From contig OZ037768.1 in assembly GCA_964035545.1 (NCBI GenBank), positions 11,998,741-12,062,740 of the forward strand: a stretch of DNA of 64,000 bases, given 5' to 3'. Positions within the stretch are counted from its first letter, which is position 1. Every line of letters begins with the position of its first letter. The DNA is from Bugula neritina. Its lineage: Eukaryota > Animalia > Bryozoa. Below the pieces are notes generated by a model. It was not told the origin of the DNA. It made no database searches and saw only the letters and a program-made list of their open reading frames with translations. A program made the position numbers and the translations under genes. This document shows, one piece after another, positions 24,201-39,428 of the stretch.

Positions 24201-27200
24201 ATCGAGGATTGCTCTGCTAACTGTGGAAGAGGTTTTGTGCAAAGAAAGGTAACTTGTATAAAGCAATCAAGTGCCGCTCTGGACGTGGTACCAGACGACA
24301 AATGTACAGCTCCAAAACCTAGCCAGATTGAGGCCTGTCAAGGACGATGCTCTCCTACCATTTGGAAGTTTACAGATTGGACTAATGTAGGCAATATGAG
24401 TATATAATATAGTACTTGTATACTGTATACAGTGCATATAGTACAGACACACACACAGTATATATAGTATATGTATAGTATAATTTTATTGGCTTGTAAT
24501 AACTTACACCATTTCTGATCTATTTTTAAGAAACTTTTATATTTCCTAATATTAGCTAAGCATTACCTGAAGACTATTACTAAACTTAGCCTATAATACA
24601 CATCCATTTATTTAAAATGTGTAGTTACATTTTTAACATTTCAAGTTTTGATCAAACTGTTTATTCAAAACTTTATAGTTGCAAAAGAAATATTGAAATT
24701 GAAAATACCGAAACTTGTGTCTCTAAAGTTCAAGCTTGTGCTGTTGCAATAATTAAGAAACTCAGAGAGATGTAATGCTATACTCGAACAAAGCATTTTA
24801 ACATTTTGCAGTTGAAATTTTGAAGTTCTTTATATATATTGAAATTTTTAACTAGTGGTTGTGTAGTTTATTCATAATATACAACGTTACATACTGGACT
24901 ACATTATGAAGTGGTTATCAAACAATATGGCTGCAACTATTTACTTGCAGTGTTCAAATCCATGTGGTGGTGGCGTACAAACCCGGCAAGCCAAGTGCAC
25001 ACTAAGAAGTGGCCGTGTTATTGGAGATTTTGCATGTAGTAAGCAAAGCAAGATTGTAAGGCAGGCCTGCAACACACAAGAGTGCACGCAGTACAACATA
25101 GATGATTGGGGCCAGGTAACTATTAGATGCTATTACTACATTTTTTCTTAGAGTGTTTATTTTCAACACCTGTGATGATATGATCGCAACCTTCATCTGA
25201 GATGAGCTTTCCTATTTGATGATGCCCTCCTCTGGCATTTGAACCCCTTAAAAGGTTTTTTACTAAGCTGTATTTAGCACATCTAGGGCAGCATTTAGGA
25301 ATGGTAATTTCAAATTTCAGCCAGATTTAACCCCCCCCCCAACCAGATTTTAGCACCTTGCACCGCATCCTTTTACTAAACAGCTTGAGATTCACCAATT
25401 TTAGCCAACACAGTGTTGTAAACACTCTAGATATATATTCTACAAAATATAGACCAAGTGTTCAAAGAAGATATTTTCTGTCTTCTATGCTGTATTCATG
25501 GACATGTTGCTTTTTTGTTACATGGAAAATATTTTTGAAAGAATGCCTAGTACTCGATTTGAGGTGTTCATCTGAAACCTCAAAACCCTTAAAGTTTGAC
25601 CCTTAACCTTTTAGCAGAAAATTTCGAATTCAACTGTCATCTGTCCCATATATTGTAAGCTAATTGAATTTTCACTCAGTTGACCATTGTAAACTATGTC
25701 ACCCTGCACAATATCGTGTTGGGCACTTTTGTGCTAGATAGATTTCGTAGATATTATGTTTTCTAAAAAGTATATAAGTATCGAGTGGCAGAAGACTTGT
25801 AATTAGAGCTGTTGTTTATTCCAGTGCTCAGTGACATGCGGACTTGGGTTTAGGACTAGAAACGTGGTATGTTTAGAGGCTGGCAGGCCGACAGATTTAA
25901 ACGTCTGCGGGAGTAATCCTCCCCCGGCGAGAGAGCCGTGTCACGCAGGGGTCTGTCCAAAATGGGTGACTTCAGAATGGACAGACTGCTCTGCCACATG
26001 CGGCCTGGGACTCAGGTTTGTTGTACTGCCTGTACATTATTTAGAATTCTATGGCCACATCTATAGTTGTAAGATGATTAATTTGAAGATAATGCACACT
26101 TATTGAATTTCTTATTTGTGCTGCTAATTCCATTAATAATCTAATGAATATTTACTATTGCTAATCATGTTTATATAAGCTAATGAGATTAGTGAATTGA
26201 TAATAAACTACACCTTTTACCATTCACATATAATTTGTAAATAGATATCAGCATTAAGCATTTTATCAGGCCTGGTGGACATTTCAACGGGCCTAATAGT
26301 GAGTAGAGTTTCAAAGACCATACATTAAGCTTAACTTAAGCGTTTCCTTTGTTTATACTTGTTTAACACAAATATGAACTTGAAACATTCATGTACAGCT
26401 CATATCAAAATTTTGAGCTATGGCTTGCTGCTGATTTTGAAATCAACTTTTGAAATTTAATTTGAATTATAATATTAAATTAAAAAGGTCTAAAAATCTC
26501 TTCCATAAATATTTTTATGTTGTCATATAAGAAGTATGTTTTACTATTCTTCACCATATAATTTATTACTCTTCAGCAACTTCCCCGTCAAACTTTATAG
26601 ACTATTTCAAGCAAAGTATATACATAATATTGTCATACCACACACAATTATTCATAAAAGTAAACTATTAACCATGCTGTAGGTATCGTGCTGTCAGGTG
26701 TATCCGTGGTGATGTGAATGGTGAGGAACTGGAAGATGAATATTGTGCAGCAGAACTTCAGCCATCAGAGGTATCAAACTGCAGCATAGTTTCTACCTGC
26801 CCTCAATGGATACCCACTGAGTGGTCAACAGTAAGTTCTCTATTGCTTTAATGTGATTGCGCAATCAAAACTCAAATTTTTGAGTGTTGCTCTCACTAGA
26901 GACAGGCTTTAAGTTTGGGGGAGTTATCTCCAGGAACCCAACAGAACTTCAGTCTAGTCTTTTCAATTTGTAGATAATCTACATACCTGTACATAATATA
27001 CATGGCTGTACATAATATACATATCTGTACATAATATACATGACTGTACATAATATGCATATCTGTACATAATATACATGACTGTACATAATATACACAT
27101 ATCTGTACATAATACACATATCTGTACATAATACACATATCTGTACATAATACACATATCTGTACATAATACACATGTCTGTACATAATCTACACACATG

Positions 27201-30200
27201 TATGTATAATAAATATCTGGGAATAATATACATATTTACACCTAACATACACAACTGTAGATGATATCCATATTTGTATACGATAGCAGATTTACAACAC
27301 AGTAAATTCTAGTAGTTGATCTTGCTTCAAGTTTGCAGTTGCATTTATTTACATGGTCATAGACAGTCAAATTGAAATATTCATTTTTGCTTATAACTCA
27401 TGCTGGCTAATAATTCATTCTGTATGAATAGTATTGATGCTTTCAGTGTTCAGTCACTTGTGGTGGTGAGGGTATTCAGCGCAGGGCCGTAGAGTGTCGG
27501 AATCACGAGGAATCTCTTGTAGCTGTAAACTATTGTCAAATGGATCAGCGTTTACCCAGCACCAAGCTATGCTCTTCGACAACTCCTTGCTCAGGGGCTG
27601 TCTTTAGGGGGGTTGGCATCTTTGGACTTCAGAATAAGAAGCGATACGTCTGGAAATTTGGGCTGTGGTCCTCCGTAAGTAACAAAACCTTTATAATTCA
27701 ATTATTAGATGTTTTGAATATGAGCAAAATTATGAATAGCATATTGTGCACCCTATAATATATTTGTAAAAAGATTAATAACAGTGTAGTTATACAGCTA
27801 TTTCTATGAAGGATATATTAACTCTACTTAGCATACTTATTATTTCCGTCATTACCAATATTAATACTGGTTTTGTCTCAGTTTTTGCTTGTGTCCCCTG
27901 TCATATACCTAATTTTGCCAGATTGGGCTGAGATTATTGTTATTATTATTGATAATCTATAGTTATTTGATTTATGATTCTATTACTATTTACTATTTCC
28001 CTGCAGTGCTCAGTAACCTGTGGAGAAGGAGTCACCAACAGACAAGTCAAGTGTATTGTTAGTCTGTCAAATCCAGAAGTTAAAGTCTCGGAGACTCTCT
28101 GCAAGAAAGAGCCAAAACCCGCCGCAGAGAAAAGTTGCATTAAAGCTTCTTGTGGAGTCTGGCGAAGTGGCAGCTGGAGTCAGGTGATTGTTGCTTTGTG
28201 TCATCTGTCTGAAAATATTCAACCTATGTGCATTGCTAGTTAAAGGGTTTCTATGTTATGTGCCATGTATGCACAATACACACTACAACATAAACATATG
28301 TTGCAAGAGATTTGAGTAGTTTTTTTTTACTTTTTAATTTGCAAAAAAGTTGATTCAAATATTTTACAATTTTGCCTTTGGTTTTTAGCCAAAAATAGAA
28401 TTATTTGTTCTTCATTTATACTGCTTTACTGTTTGATATATTTCACTTTTGGTGTTGGCAAAGCAAAAATTTATTTTAATAAAGTAAATCGTTTTCTGTA
28501 AATTATAACATTTTAGTTTTAAAGTTTTGGAAGCTACAGAGTATATAGTATTTAAGATTTAAATGTTTTGAATTGGTTATAGTGCAGTACAACATGTGGT
28601 GAAGGCATACAGAGTCGGGTGGTGATTTGTGCTCTCTCAAATGGTGAATATAGTTCTCCCGGTGATTGTGATTTATTGAACATGCCAGAAACTAAGAAGC
28701 CATGCGAGAACTTAGAAACCTGCCCAACGGTTTTATCTACTACGACTACTGCTGACAGCAAAAGTGCCAACTCACTGGATGCTGCCTATTGGAGGGCTGG
28801 ACCTTGGACTCAGGTGCAGTCACACACATTTATTTAATATATATTATATTATCAAATTTGTTTGTTTGGGCGAAATTAACTTTAAACATTTCATTGGACA
28901 AAAAGTCACTCATATAAAACTTACATGTATTTTGTGTTGATGCAATTATTGAAAATTATTGGCCAAGTTAGATTTTTATATATATACAATTTTGCTAATC
29001 ATGAAAGTTGCTGTTTCTAATTTGTTTTAGTCTTATCACAGTACTGTTACTAGCGTTGAGCAAGTGTTCACTTTCTTTGCTTGAAATTGTGTTGTGTTCT
29101 TATTTAACTTTTTTTGCCCAGTATACTTTTTGTAATTATTTAATAATTTTTAATCAGTGAGTAAACATTGCCAGCACATGACAAGCAAGATTACTTTAAA
29201 ATTTAAACTCATGAGAATCACAACGGTATGAATTTTGCAATGCCTTAGTGTTCAAAGTCGTGTGGGGGTGGCTTACGTCGAAGGGCAGTGGAATGTTACA
29301 CAAGGTACAGAAGAGGTAGTGGGTGCCATCTGGAAGATAAACCAGAAGAACAGGAAGCTTGTAATGAACAAACGTGTCCAACATGGCGAAAAGGAGGCTG
29401 GGCAAAAGTGAGGAACATAAAGTCTGAAATAAAATCTTGGCGGTGCAGATTAGTGCAAACAAAGTGCATGTCGATTCTAACAACTGTATAGACTTGAAAT
29501 TGTGCTGCATAATCGTTGCAGAGCTCTGGTCTCTGTATTTATTAGTAGACTATTAAGTATGTTTCAAAGGAGTTGCTTACTAGCATATTACATAAACATA
29601 ATGATTCTTTACTGTTATAATTAATGCCTATATATCATTTTAACCTAAATATCATTTCCACAAGATTTTATCTGCAACTAGAATAAACTGCTCTTTTCCT
29701 GCAGATGGCTAATTATTAGAAAATGCAGGCAGCGTTTAAAGCAGCATTCGGCAGCTGTATGATGTGGATACTGATCATTTATGCTAATAACAAATGTAGC
29801 AGCTTCTTCACTGCACAACTAACTTTGTTTATGGTTTTATGCAGGTGGCAACTTATATGTTATATAACTACACCTGACTTTGCCAGAATTACCTGCTTGA
29901 TAAATAAAGGCATACTTCTGTAAATTATATTGTTCTTGTTCACCACAAAAAGTTTTATATTACAAAATTTTGTACTTGAGGAATTGAAACAAATGCAGTA
30001 CATTGTAGGTGCATAGTGCACAGTGTAGGAGTAAATTTTATGTATTTAATATTTGAATGTATAGGCTATGTAATATTACATGCTATAAATTACTATTGCA
30101 TAGTGTGCATTCTGTAAACACTGTGTGCTTTGGAATACAGTGCTCCAGTGACTGTGGCTACGGAACACAGCAACGAATGGTGATTTGTCAACTCTATGAC

Positions 30201-33200
30201 AAGTCGTCAGGTAAACCTGAGCAGTGCAGTGGTGAAGCACCCAGCAGGCAACAGGAGTGTATGATAAAGCCTTGTGGAACCCCTGTCTGGGCCACGTCAC
30301 AGTGGAGTCAGGTTAGCATGTAATTCCTTACAGGTGCAGGTGTTGTGTTGAATTAAAAATATGTTAAAGCTTATGTATGAGCTAAAATATATAGGGATCA
30401 GCCTAGGTCTAGACTCTGGGGGTTAGAGCTTTTGCCTAGTAGGCACAAAGTCAAGGGCTTGAACCCCGACAAAGGCCATTGGTGATGTTAGGAAGAGTAT
30501 CCAGTCATAATTGCTCCTGTGCCTCATCTTAAGTCCTTAGCCCGATTTAACAAAAACCCCTTTCATCAGGGGTTTTCTCACAGGGATGGTGACTATAGAC
30601 TTGCGCGAGTTTTGCTAAGTTTATGAGCTAAAAGTATTCAATATTCTGTTTGCTAATCAAACAGTTGTTCATGGTTGGTAGTTACCGATTTTACTGTCCA
30701 ATGATTTTATGCAATACTTTGTTACAAGTGAGACGTCTGTATATTTTGCATCTGTTTGTAGTGCTCGATGTCGTGTGGTGCAGGAAACATACTCAGAAAT
30801 GTGACATGCATTGACAGTGCCAACAGGTCACTTGTGTTGGACAGCAGTCTCTGCTCGTTGGACGCAAAACCTTTGAGACAGAAAGTCTGCATTCTAAGCT
30901 CTTGCAATGAGTGGAGGGCTACTGAATGGAGTGAGGTATGCTATTAGATTGTCTCTATATTTAATAATATTTTGTTTATTTCCTTTCACAATATATAGGT
31001 TGTATAAACTATAATTGCATATTCTATATTATATTCTTAGTATATTATTTGTAATTATCTCTCATTATTATTTTTGTAATTTTAATATATTATTACGTGT
31101 TCAATTTTTTATGCCAAATGTTGTGTTTTGGTTATTTCATGTAATTTTTATTATTTATACATGTTAGTGCAAAAGATATTATAGCTATGCTGATTAAAAC
31201 AGTTTTAAGTTATACATGTTTACTTTTCTTTCTATTGGGTATTTTCAGCTGATGATTTTGAAGGTTAATTTCCATATCATTATACTTGTTCTTGTTTATT
31301 ATTATTTGTGTATAAATTCTTACACTATGCACATGTATATAGTGCAATATAATTTTTATATACAAATAATAATTATAAACATGAATAGTTATCATGATAT
31401 ATAACTTAACCTATAAATGTATTTATTACATGCTTTTAGGTTTTCAGAGTAGGCTATTTTCTTTTAATTTTGTACACTTGATAACTACCAGTAAAGCTGC
31501 TTGGTTATATATATAAAGTTTAATTATAATGAATTGTAGCTGTGAATTATGATTTTACATAATATTCTTAGGATAAAAACATTACAAGTTTTGACTTTGT
31601 TATCACAACACTGAAATACCAATAAAATATACTTCTGTTTAGTGTGACGGGACATGTGATGGCTCAGTCCGTAAGAGAACTGTTTGGTGCTCGAGTCTCT
31701 CTGGAAAGGAACTTATAGAATCCCAATGTGCAGACGTTGCTAAACCAGCAGAAGTTGAGTCATGCGTAAAAGAGCAATGCAAGTATCAGTGGAACACATC
31801 AGAGTGGACAAAGGTATTAGGATTTAACCTATTTTATGCTCCAAAAAATATATTTGCTAAACAATTTTCACTCAATTACAGTTTTTCACCATTTGTTGGA
31901 AGTTGTCTTCTCTGTACCATATCTTATTGTTAGAAAGTAAAAAGAGGCTGTAATTTATCATAGTTGATGGACAGGAGAGCTGTATTATACAACTACATGT
32001 ATGTTACAATTTCAATGATGTTGGATAATTAATAGTAAACTTTTTAATGTTTTGCATATTTATTTTTTCTAAAACTATCTAATCTAACCCTTGATTATGT
32101 TTGTGCATGCCAAGTAATGCAAAATAAAATGTTTGAATTTATAGATATGTTGTCAATATTGTGTTAAATTATTGTTATCTTTCTCTATTTGTTTCCAAAA
32201 GGATAAATTTTATAATTTTTTTATGGCTAACGGTTTCATAAAAAGTTGTTTGTTATTGATCTTGAATTAAGCTATGCACACATTTATATTTGATCTAATG
32301 GAAATTTATTGAATTTTTATGTAATTGTATGACTCTATTAATCTGGATATGCTGTAGTGCTCTGCTACCTGTGGTGAAGGTAGAGAAATGAGAGTGTTGA
32401 CATGTGTAGCTGGTAACAACACTGCTGTGAATTGGGACCTCTGCTCCTCATGGCATACTCCAACTCTCACTAGGCCTTGTAACGCAGGTCCTTGTCCTGT
32501 ATGGAAGGCCTCCACGTGGGACGAGGTAATTTTTCTAACTAACAATTAAATAGCTCACTCACTGGCCATCTAATAATTGTCAGTACTTTAAAAAAAACTT
32601 AGCATTCTGATCATCACAAGATATGCAACTACAAAGACTTATCATATATAGGGGTAGAAATTATTATTTTGGCAAAATTATTATCTATTTCAATTTTTGC
32701 TTGTAGTATTGCTCTGTTGTATGATAAATATAGTTTAAAGTGATGTAGACATTGCTCTAAGGTCTAAATGTTGCATAACCTGTAAAGATGCTGAGTTACT
32801 AAAAGAAAAATAGAACTCTATTTAAAATTAAGATCTAAACTCAGATTATATGCTTAGTGCTCAGTCACGTGTGGAGAGGGTCAGAGGTTAAGGCTAGTGG
32901 AATGTGTGAATACTACAGCTAATCTCTCAGTTAACACTAATTTGTGTGACTCTAAAGACAAACCTAGAGAGCTGAGCTCGTGCCAGGCACAAACGTGTGC
33001 AGTGTGGGCTACATCTGACTGGGGACAGGTAACTCCTAATTATAACACAATTTATTCAAATGTACAAATAACTGTCCTCAAACAAATCAGTAGCTGATTG
33101 TGTTAAATTCTAAAAGTATGTTATTTTTATTCAAGAACTTTCAGGTTTTTACTTCAATGGTTTATTTTTGATAAAAATCATTCTATGTTACTGCTATGCT

Positions 33201-36200
33201 CTACATTGAATAATGAAGGTAATCGTTTGCTATGCTACATGATACATACTTATAACATTGTTATGCTATGTGTTAGCAACATTGTGATTCTTGTAGTGCT
33301 CTGGTCCATGTAATTCTTCCAAGTCTTTTCAAACTCGACAAGTGACCTGCATTGACCCAACAACTTCTAGACCTACTCTCCCTGATCTGTGTTCAGTCGC
33401 AACTAAACCGTTGTTTTCTAGACCATGCCAAAACTGCTCATACTGGGTAGCCATGGAGTGGAGCAGAGTGAGCTGTTTGTTATAACAAATATATTTGTTT
33501 TTGATGAAAAAAAAATTTATCTGTGTGTATTTTATTTCTGCTCCTGCTGCTGCTGCTGACTCAGAAGTTGAACATTCTAATTGGTTCAAAACACTGAGAC
33601 CTGTATGGTATCACTAAATTATTATAACATAAAACTTATATAAAACATATATATTATATATAATATATATATATATTATAATATTGAAACTGATATAATG
33701 CATCATTTAAACATTTGTTTAATCAAAATTTTGCTTAGTTTTACTAGTGGAGTATTTTATATTATTAGAGGGTTAGATAAAATGCTTCGTTCTATAAATC
33801 GATGTAGCGTTTTTCTTTGATAATTTATGTTAATGCAAGACCCTATTGTTATACAGTGTTCAGCAACATGTGGCGTAGGAATACAGGCTAGGAAAATACA
33901 GTGTGTAGGGAGTAACAACCTCAAGCAGCAGGAAGACAAGTGCAGCAACGAGCCTCGACCTAAACTGCTACAAAGCTGTCAGCTGAAAGTCTGTGCAGTC
34001 TGGAAGGAGCAACTATGGAGTCGAGTATGTGAATACGTTATTGCAACTCTCTCGGTATTCTGTCTGCTTTTATACTTTACATCATATTTAATTTATTAAA
34101 ATTAAAACTGTAAATTAATAATTTGGTTTTTATATTTGTAAAGTGTTCAGCTACTTGTGGTGAAGGAATTAAAACTCGGACCGTGGAATGTGTAGACCCA
34201 AACACCCAGAAGCCTTTCAGTGATGAAAACTGCGTGGACATACTGAAACCCCTCACAGAGTCTCCATGCTATGTGCACCAGCAGTGCCCGGTCTGGACTG
34301 TGTCACCATGGTCTGCGGTAAGAAAACATGCTGTGAAATACCTCAATGTCTAAAGTGTAATACTGAACTAGTTTCTACATAAGATGCTACTTGTTTTTAT
34401 GCATAGAGTTGCTAGAGCCAACATTTTTATCGAACACAGTGTTTCATGGGTTTATTGCAAATATTTTCTTATTTTTTTGTGCTTCACGATTTCTTAATTA
34501 TACATAAGTCATAAGCTGTACATTTTGAGTCATTTAAAACAACTAGAAACTACGAATCAATGTTTTTGAGAGTGTCAAGTTTAGACTGTGCAGCTGTCAA
34601 GCTTTCTTGACTACTGCCTTGCGATTTCTTCTTCAATCATTTAGAATTGACCAAGTATCATGACTTTGCACGGTGGAGATATGCCACCATTTTGTTATTT
34701 ACAACGATTCATCTTTGTTAGAAGTTGTTGAATCGTGCTATATTATAATAGCTGGTCATCAGTGATGATAATTTAATTTTTTTAGTGCTCGGCTTCTTGT
34801 GGAAATGCTTTCAAACGAAGAAATGTAACCTGCACTTTAACTAATGGTCGAATTGCCGAAGCATTCTGTAGTGCTAAACTGAGGCCATATTCAGTTGAAA
34901 AGTGTTCCGTGCCAGTCTGTAAGTCTGGTTTCTTGTGGAAGACAGAGAAATGGTCTGAGGTAAGTAGAATACTACATTCAGGATACTTGTTGCAAAATAA
35001 ATGGTGGTTGTACCAAAAATGGAAGAAACCTACATAGTTTTTCCTTATAACTTGTTGCGTAAACATTTACCGTTTTAAGCAAGGTTCTTGCTGCTTTAGT
35101 TTGGTAAATTTAGAAGAATAAAAATTTTGATTTACATTTAATAGACTGTAGAAATTTTACATTATGTTACATGTAAAAGTTGACTGAAATAATATGTGTA
35201 TTTAAAAAATTTGAAACGAAATTTAGTATAGCATATCAGCATGTTACTGGCATACGATAATATAGCAGCGTAGTTGTATCAAATGTTGTTTATGTGCATA
35301 AACACCAACATGTGTGAAGCACTTATTATACTGCCAGCACATAAATGTGTTAATTGTCTGCACTTGCACTTATATTGTGCATACTCTTGTTACCTATACA
35401 TGTTAAAGTGCCAAACAAAGTATAAGTTAAATTAGCTTGTGCTGACTCTTTTCTTATCAAAAACCTATTTCTAATCGGAGAAGTAAATCATGATGCACTG
35501 TGTTGATGAGTCATATATATATATTATTATGATTGATGCATTCAGCACCCAACACACATGCATATTATGGTTACATGCATTCCAATAGCTTAGTTATTTC
35601 CTTTCTCACTATCTGTGTTCTACCATGCAGTGCTCGGCTAGTTGCGGTTATGGTGTAAAGTCCCGTGCTTTAAAGTGCTATAGCATAAAATCAAAAAATC
35701 AGGTGCCAACCTACTTCTGCCCAATCCAAGACAGACCATCAAGTCAAAGAAGCTGTCAGCTAAGATACTGCCCTTTCTCCTGGTGGGCCGATAGATGGTC
35801 ACAGGTAATGAAGTGCTGAAACGCTTAGAATTTATTCTTTCTTTCTGTCTTCCTTCCTTTCCCTTTGCTTTTCATGCATGTGCACATGAGTGTTGACTTG
35901 CAGCTACTGTTATTAAGATCACTACATCATTAGTCATAGCGTAGTTATTCATTTCATATTTATTTACAACTTTAATGATATTTCCTGTTTTGTTGGTTTA
36001 ATAGTGTTCCTCTAGTTGTGGTGAAGGGCGACAGTTTCGTAAGGTGTTATGTAAATCAGTGAGTGCTGAAGGTTGGTACGCTGGAAACTCTGGTTATGGC
36101 TGCACTATTGAAGAAAAACCATCAGCAATAAGATCTTGTAACATGGGGCCTTGTTACGGAACTTTTATTTGGGAGCCCGGGCTGTGGAGTAAGGTAGGGG

Positions 36201-39200
36201 TCACTATAATTAGCTCTGAGGCTACCTCTTATATTTCTCTTTGAGCAACATTTGTTGTGACTTGTGGGTTCGGTTTTTACATTTGCTAACAGTAGAGTTT
36301 ATAAATGGGGAGAAATCACAACTTTGTCTTATCACCAGAACTACCTAATTCTACAAGAGTAACAAAAATGCTGTTGAGGTAGAACTAAAAGTGCTCCTCC
36401 CAGAAGAATATGTGCTTTAAATGTGTATTTTTTTCTATCTATCCATATATCCTCAGTTTTTTCATTTCTTCTTTGATTAAAGTTATCTGCCTCACAGAGG
36501 ACTTCTCTCTTTCTTATCCTCGTCATCTCTTATTTTAACTACATGCCTTCATTTCTTATTACATATGTAGCCATTGCCACATACATTCATCATACAAGTG
36601 TGCAAAAAAAAGATTAGTGTTTGCCAAGTTCTTTACTGTAAGAATAATAATAGTTAACAGCTTACAATGTTATATGCAATAGTTACAGAGGCTGGTGCAA
36701 CATTAAATGAATTAAGCGTCATTTATGTTAATGACTAACTGTTGTAATAGAAATTGTTTTTTAAACAATTTGCTCTGATCAGCTGTTTACTGTGATATTT
36801 GAATGATTTTAGCAATAAATAGAGTGACTAAATAGTGGTAGCTAATCAATACTATACTTGTATACTATTTTAGCTCACTGAGAAACTGTTATGTGTATGA
36901 TTCATGTATGTATCTTTGTTTTATAGTGTTCAGTAGAATGTGGTTGGGGAAATCAGCGAAGAAAGTTGTCTTGTGTCGCCAGCAATGGTGAGGTGGTGAC
37001 TAAGTCGAAGTGTAACTTGGCATACAAACCTGAACGAGCTCAGAAGTGCTATGCTGGAGCATGTAAGTTAAAGCTATTGTTAATGTTGTTTCTCAAGAAT
37101 TGTTACAATTCCACAGTAACATGCTACAGATCAACAGTAGTATACAACAGTTGAACTTTATCAAACTACAGTTCAACCGTTGTATACTACAGCTGCATTC
37201 AATTTTATACCAGTTTGAAACTAATGTATTGTTAAATATATTGTTGTGGAATTATTTAACCATGCATCATTCTTTCATCAAAAACGATGCACACACCTAT
37301 ATCTTAGGTAGAATATGTACATCTCAAGCATTCTAGTAACACAAAAAGCAGCACGTGCAAGCAAATCTTTAAATGATACCTCAATGGCGCTTTTAGACAC
37401 CTTTACTTTCCTACATGGTTGAACATAATTTTTTATAATGAATAAAACGTTATGTCAGTTAGAATCAGTTACTCTCAAGTTTTCTAGTGACGAAAATAAA
37501 TTCTAGGTGGCCTCACTTTGAATTTGAGCTGAATGTGCAGTCATATGTTGATATATTACAGAATACAGTAAACTGTTGTGCTTTTTTACAGGTCAGTCAA
37601 AGTCATGCAGTGAGTTAAGACAACACGGTGTCATCAGAGAAGATGGTGAATACCAGCTACGTGTTCGTGGAAAGCTGGTCAAGGTTTGTCAAACATCAAT
37701 AATATACCGAACTGGTGTGGTATATGGATCTAGCAGGTGTAATGTGGCAAAAGATTTTGTTCTTGACTTCAATTGAAGCAGCCATAACAAAAACAAAGTA
37801 ATTTAAGATCAATTCCAACGAATAGAACACTCTTTTTCTATATTAATGTAATTCAGTTCATCTGATCTGAACTATGCAATAATTAAAAACTAAAATTTAA
37901 TTCTATTACGCTTTGGTCTTCACAGTCTATGCAACCTTTCTACTAGTTTACTCATCATAATTATACATGTGCTAATATAAATATTATTTTTATTTGGATA
38001 TCGAAAGAGTTGTCTACCATCTCCATAAAGTATTCTATAAAATAACAGAGTCTGTGTTCTGTGAAACATAGATCTTATATCAGCTTAGGATTCCAATACT
38101 TAGTTCAATGCACTATTTCACCAACTACTTTTTATGCTGCTAGCATATGCTCAATTAGTGTTGTACATAACTTGTGAATAATATGCATCTACCTCACCTC
38201 TATTTCTAATATATATCATGAGTTGAGGTAATAAATTGGCTGCTTTTGTAGATTTTTTGCTACAAAATGTATTCAAAGACTCCAGAAGAGTATTTGACAT
38301 TGCCTCTTGGGGCAAGTGAGAACTACGCCTCAATATACGGGCATCGTCTAGCCCACCCATACGAATGCCCTTACGACACTAACAAAGTTGAGACACCATC
38401 AATAACATGCAAAGATTGTATAGCCAGCCTTTATCATAGAGCGGGAGAAACTAGATTCACCAAGATTAGACTCAATATTACTAGTCTTATGGTTGATGGT
38501 AAGTAAATCCTACATTGGTAGAGCTGTGTTATTTCTAGTGGTTTGAATTCTAATAGTTGTCAATCTTTTTCTGCCAAAGGGTTGCAAACTTGTTCTATTA
38601 TATTGCTGTGCGTGATTTAAAAGAGTATAGTAGATTTTAAAACAAAAGATTTTTTTGTCAGTTACTTGTGTTGTTGCTTTTGTGTATGCATAGCAAAACT
38701 AAGATAATATGCTAAATGCAAATAAATGATTTCAGAAAAACATGGTACTCGCACCTTTGTATCATATATTGGCCTGCATTTATTTTATTTAAGAATTAGT
38801 TGTATATTATCATACGCAAGACTTGAAAGTTTAATTCTTGTTTCTTGATCATGTTCAACAGTGAAAGACTTCACGTTTTCCAACACTGAGGGCTTGAATC
38901 AAATACCCTATGCATCAGCTGGAGATTGCTACAGTGCTCTGATCTGCCCCCAAGGCCACTTCTCAATAAATCTTAAAAACACAGGCTTTAAAGTAGCTAA
39001 ACGTACAAAGTGGACAGTAGAGGGGAGCTACTCTAATCAACAGATAAATCCAGATGATGTAAGTAGTTCATAGTGATATATTATTTATACTTGTATGGTA
39101 AGCAAAAAGAAATAAAACCTGAAGTCTGACAAAAGGGGGATGGGGAAAGTTTGGAACTATGTATTTATAAAATTGTTATACACAAGTTATGCTGAACTGC

Positions 39201-39428
39201 TCATGAATGCTGATTTGTAAGCATCAAGACTAGAGAGGTTTTCTGAAAACTGTGTTGACAGCAAGTTGGTTGTTGAAAGTAAACTAATTAACCAGTTATT
39301 GCAATGATATAATTAAATTATGTTGCTTACAGTCTGGTGAAGTGGTAAAGGGAAAGTGTGGTGGCTATTGTGGAATCTGTTCTCCAAGTGATGGTGGGCT
39401 ACAGTTGGCAATTACTAACTATGACTAG
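12257..39428 (+). CDS. ADAMTS9: ADAMTS9/ADAMTS20/GON-1-like secreted metalloprotease (multi-exon, complete)
   Basis: Signal peptide [19 protein letters not shown]. Prodomain with furin site RGRR/S (~14275). Catalytic domain [21 protein letters not shown], zinc motif HEIGHV|FGVPHD split by the intron at ~16940-17239, Met-turn HLMS. Disintegrin-like, TSP1, Cys-rich ([13 protein letters not shown]) and spacer regions. About 21 further TSP1 repeats. C-terminal GON domain ([19 protein letters not shown]...[11 protein letters not shown]...AGDCYSA...[10 protein letters not shown]). Stop TAG at 39426-39428. Confidence 0.96.
26982..27190. repeat. ~20-bp minisatellite in an ADAMTS intron
   Basis: About 10 tandem copies of CTGTACATAATA(T/C)ACAT(A/G)(T/A). 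Explains the spurious repetitive ORFs at 26896-27254. Confidence 0.95.
30395..30600 (+). mobile_element. Degenerate tRNA-derived SINE in an ADAMTS intron
   Basis: tRNA-like head (GGTTAGAGC..TTGCCT...AAGTCAAGGGCTTGAACCCC, a decayed B box) followed by GGTGATGTTAGGAAGAGTATCCAGTCATAA, which resembles the AGGAAGGGCATCC..CCGTAA central block I recall from metazoan SINEs. Confidence 0.55.

Noticed and set aside
26896-27254. Three overlapping Tyr/Cys/Met-rich ORFs; superficially CRISPR-like periodicity
   Set aside because: Translations of a head-to-tail ~20-bp minisatellite with no unique spacers, inside a eukaryotic intron.
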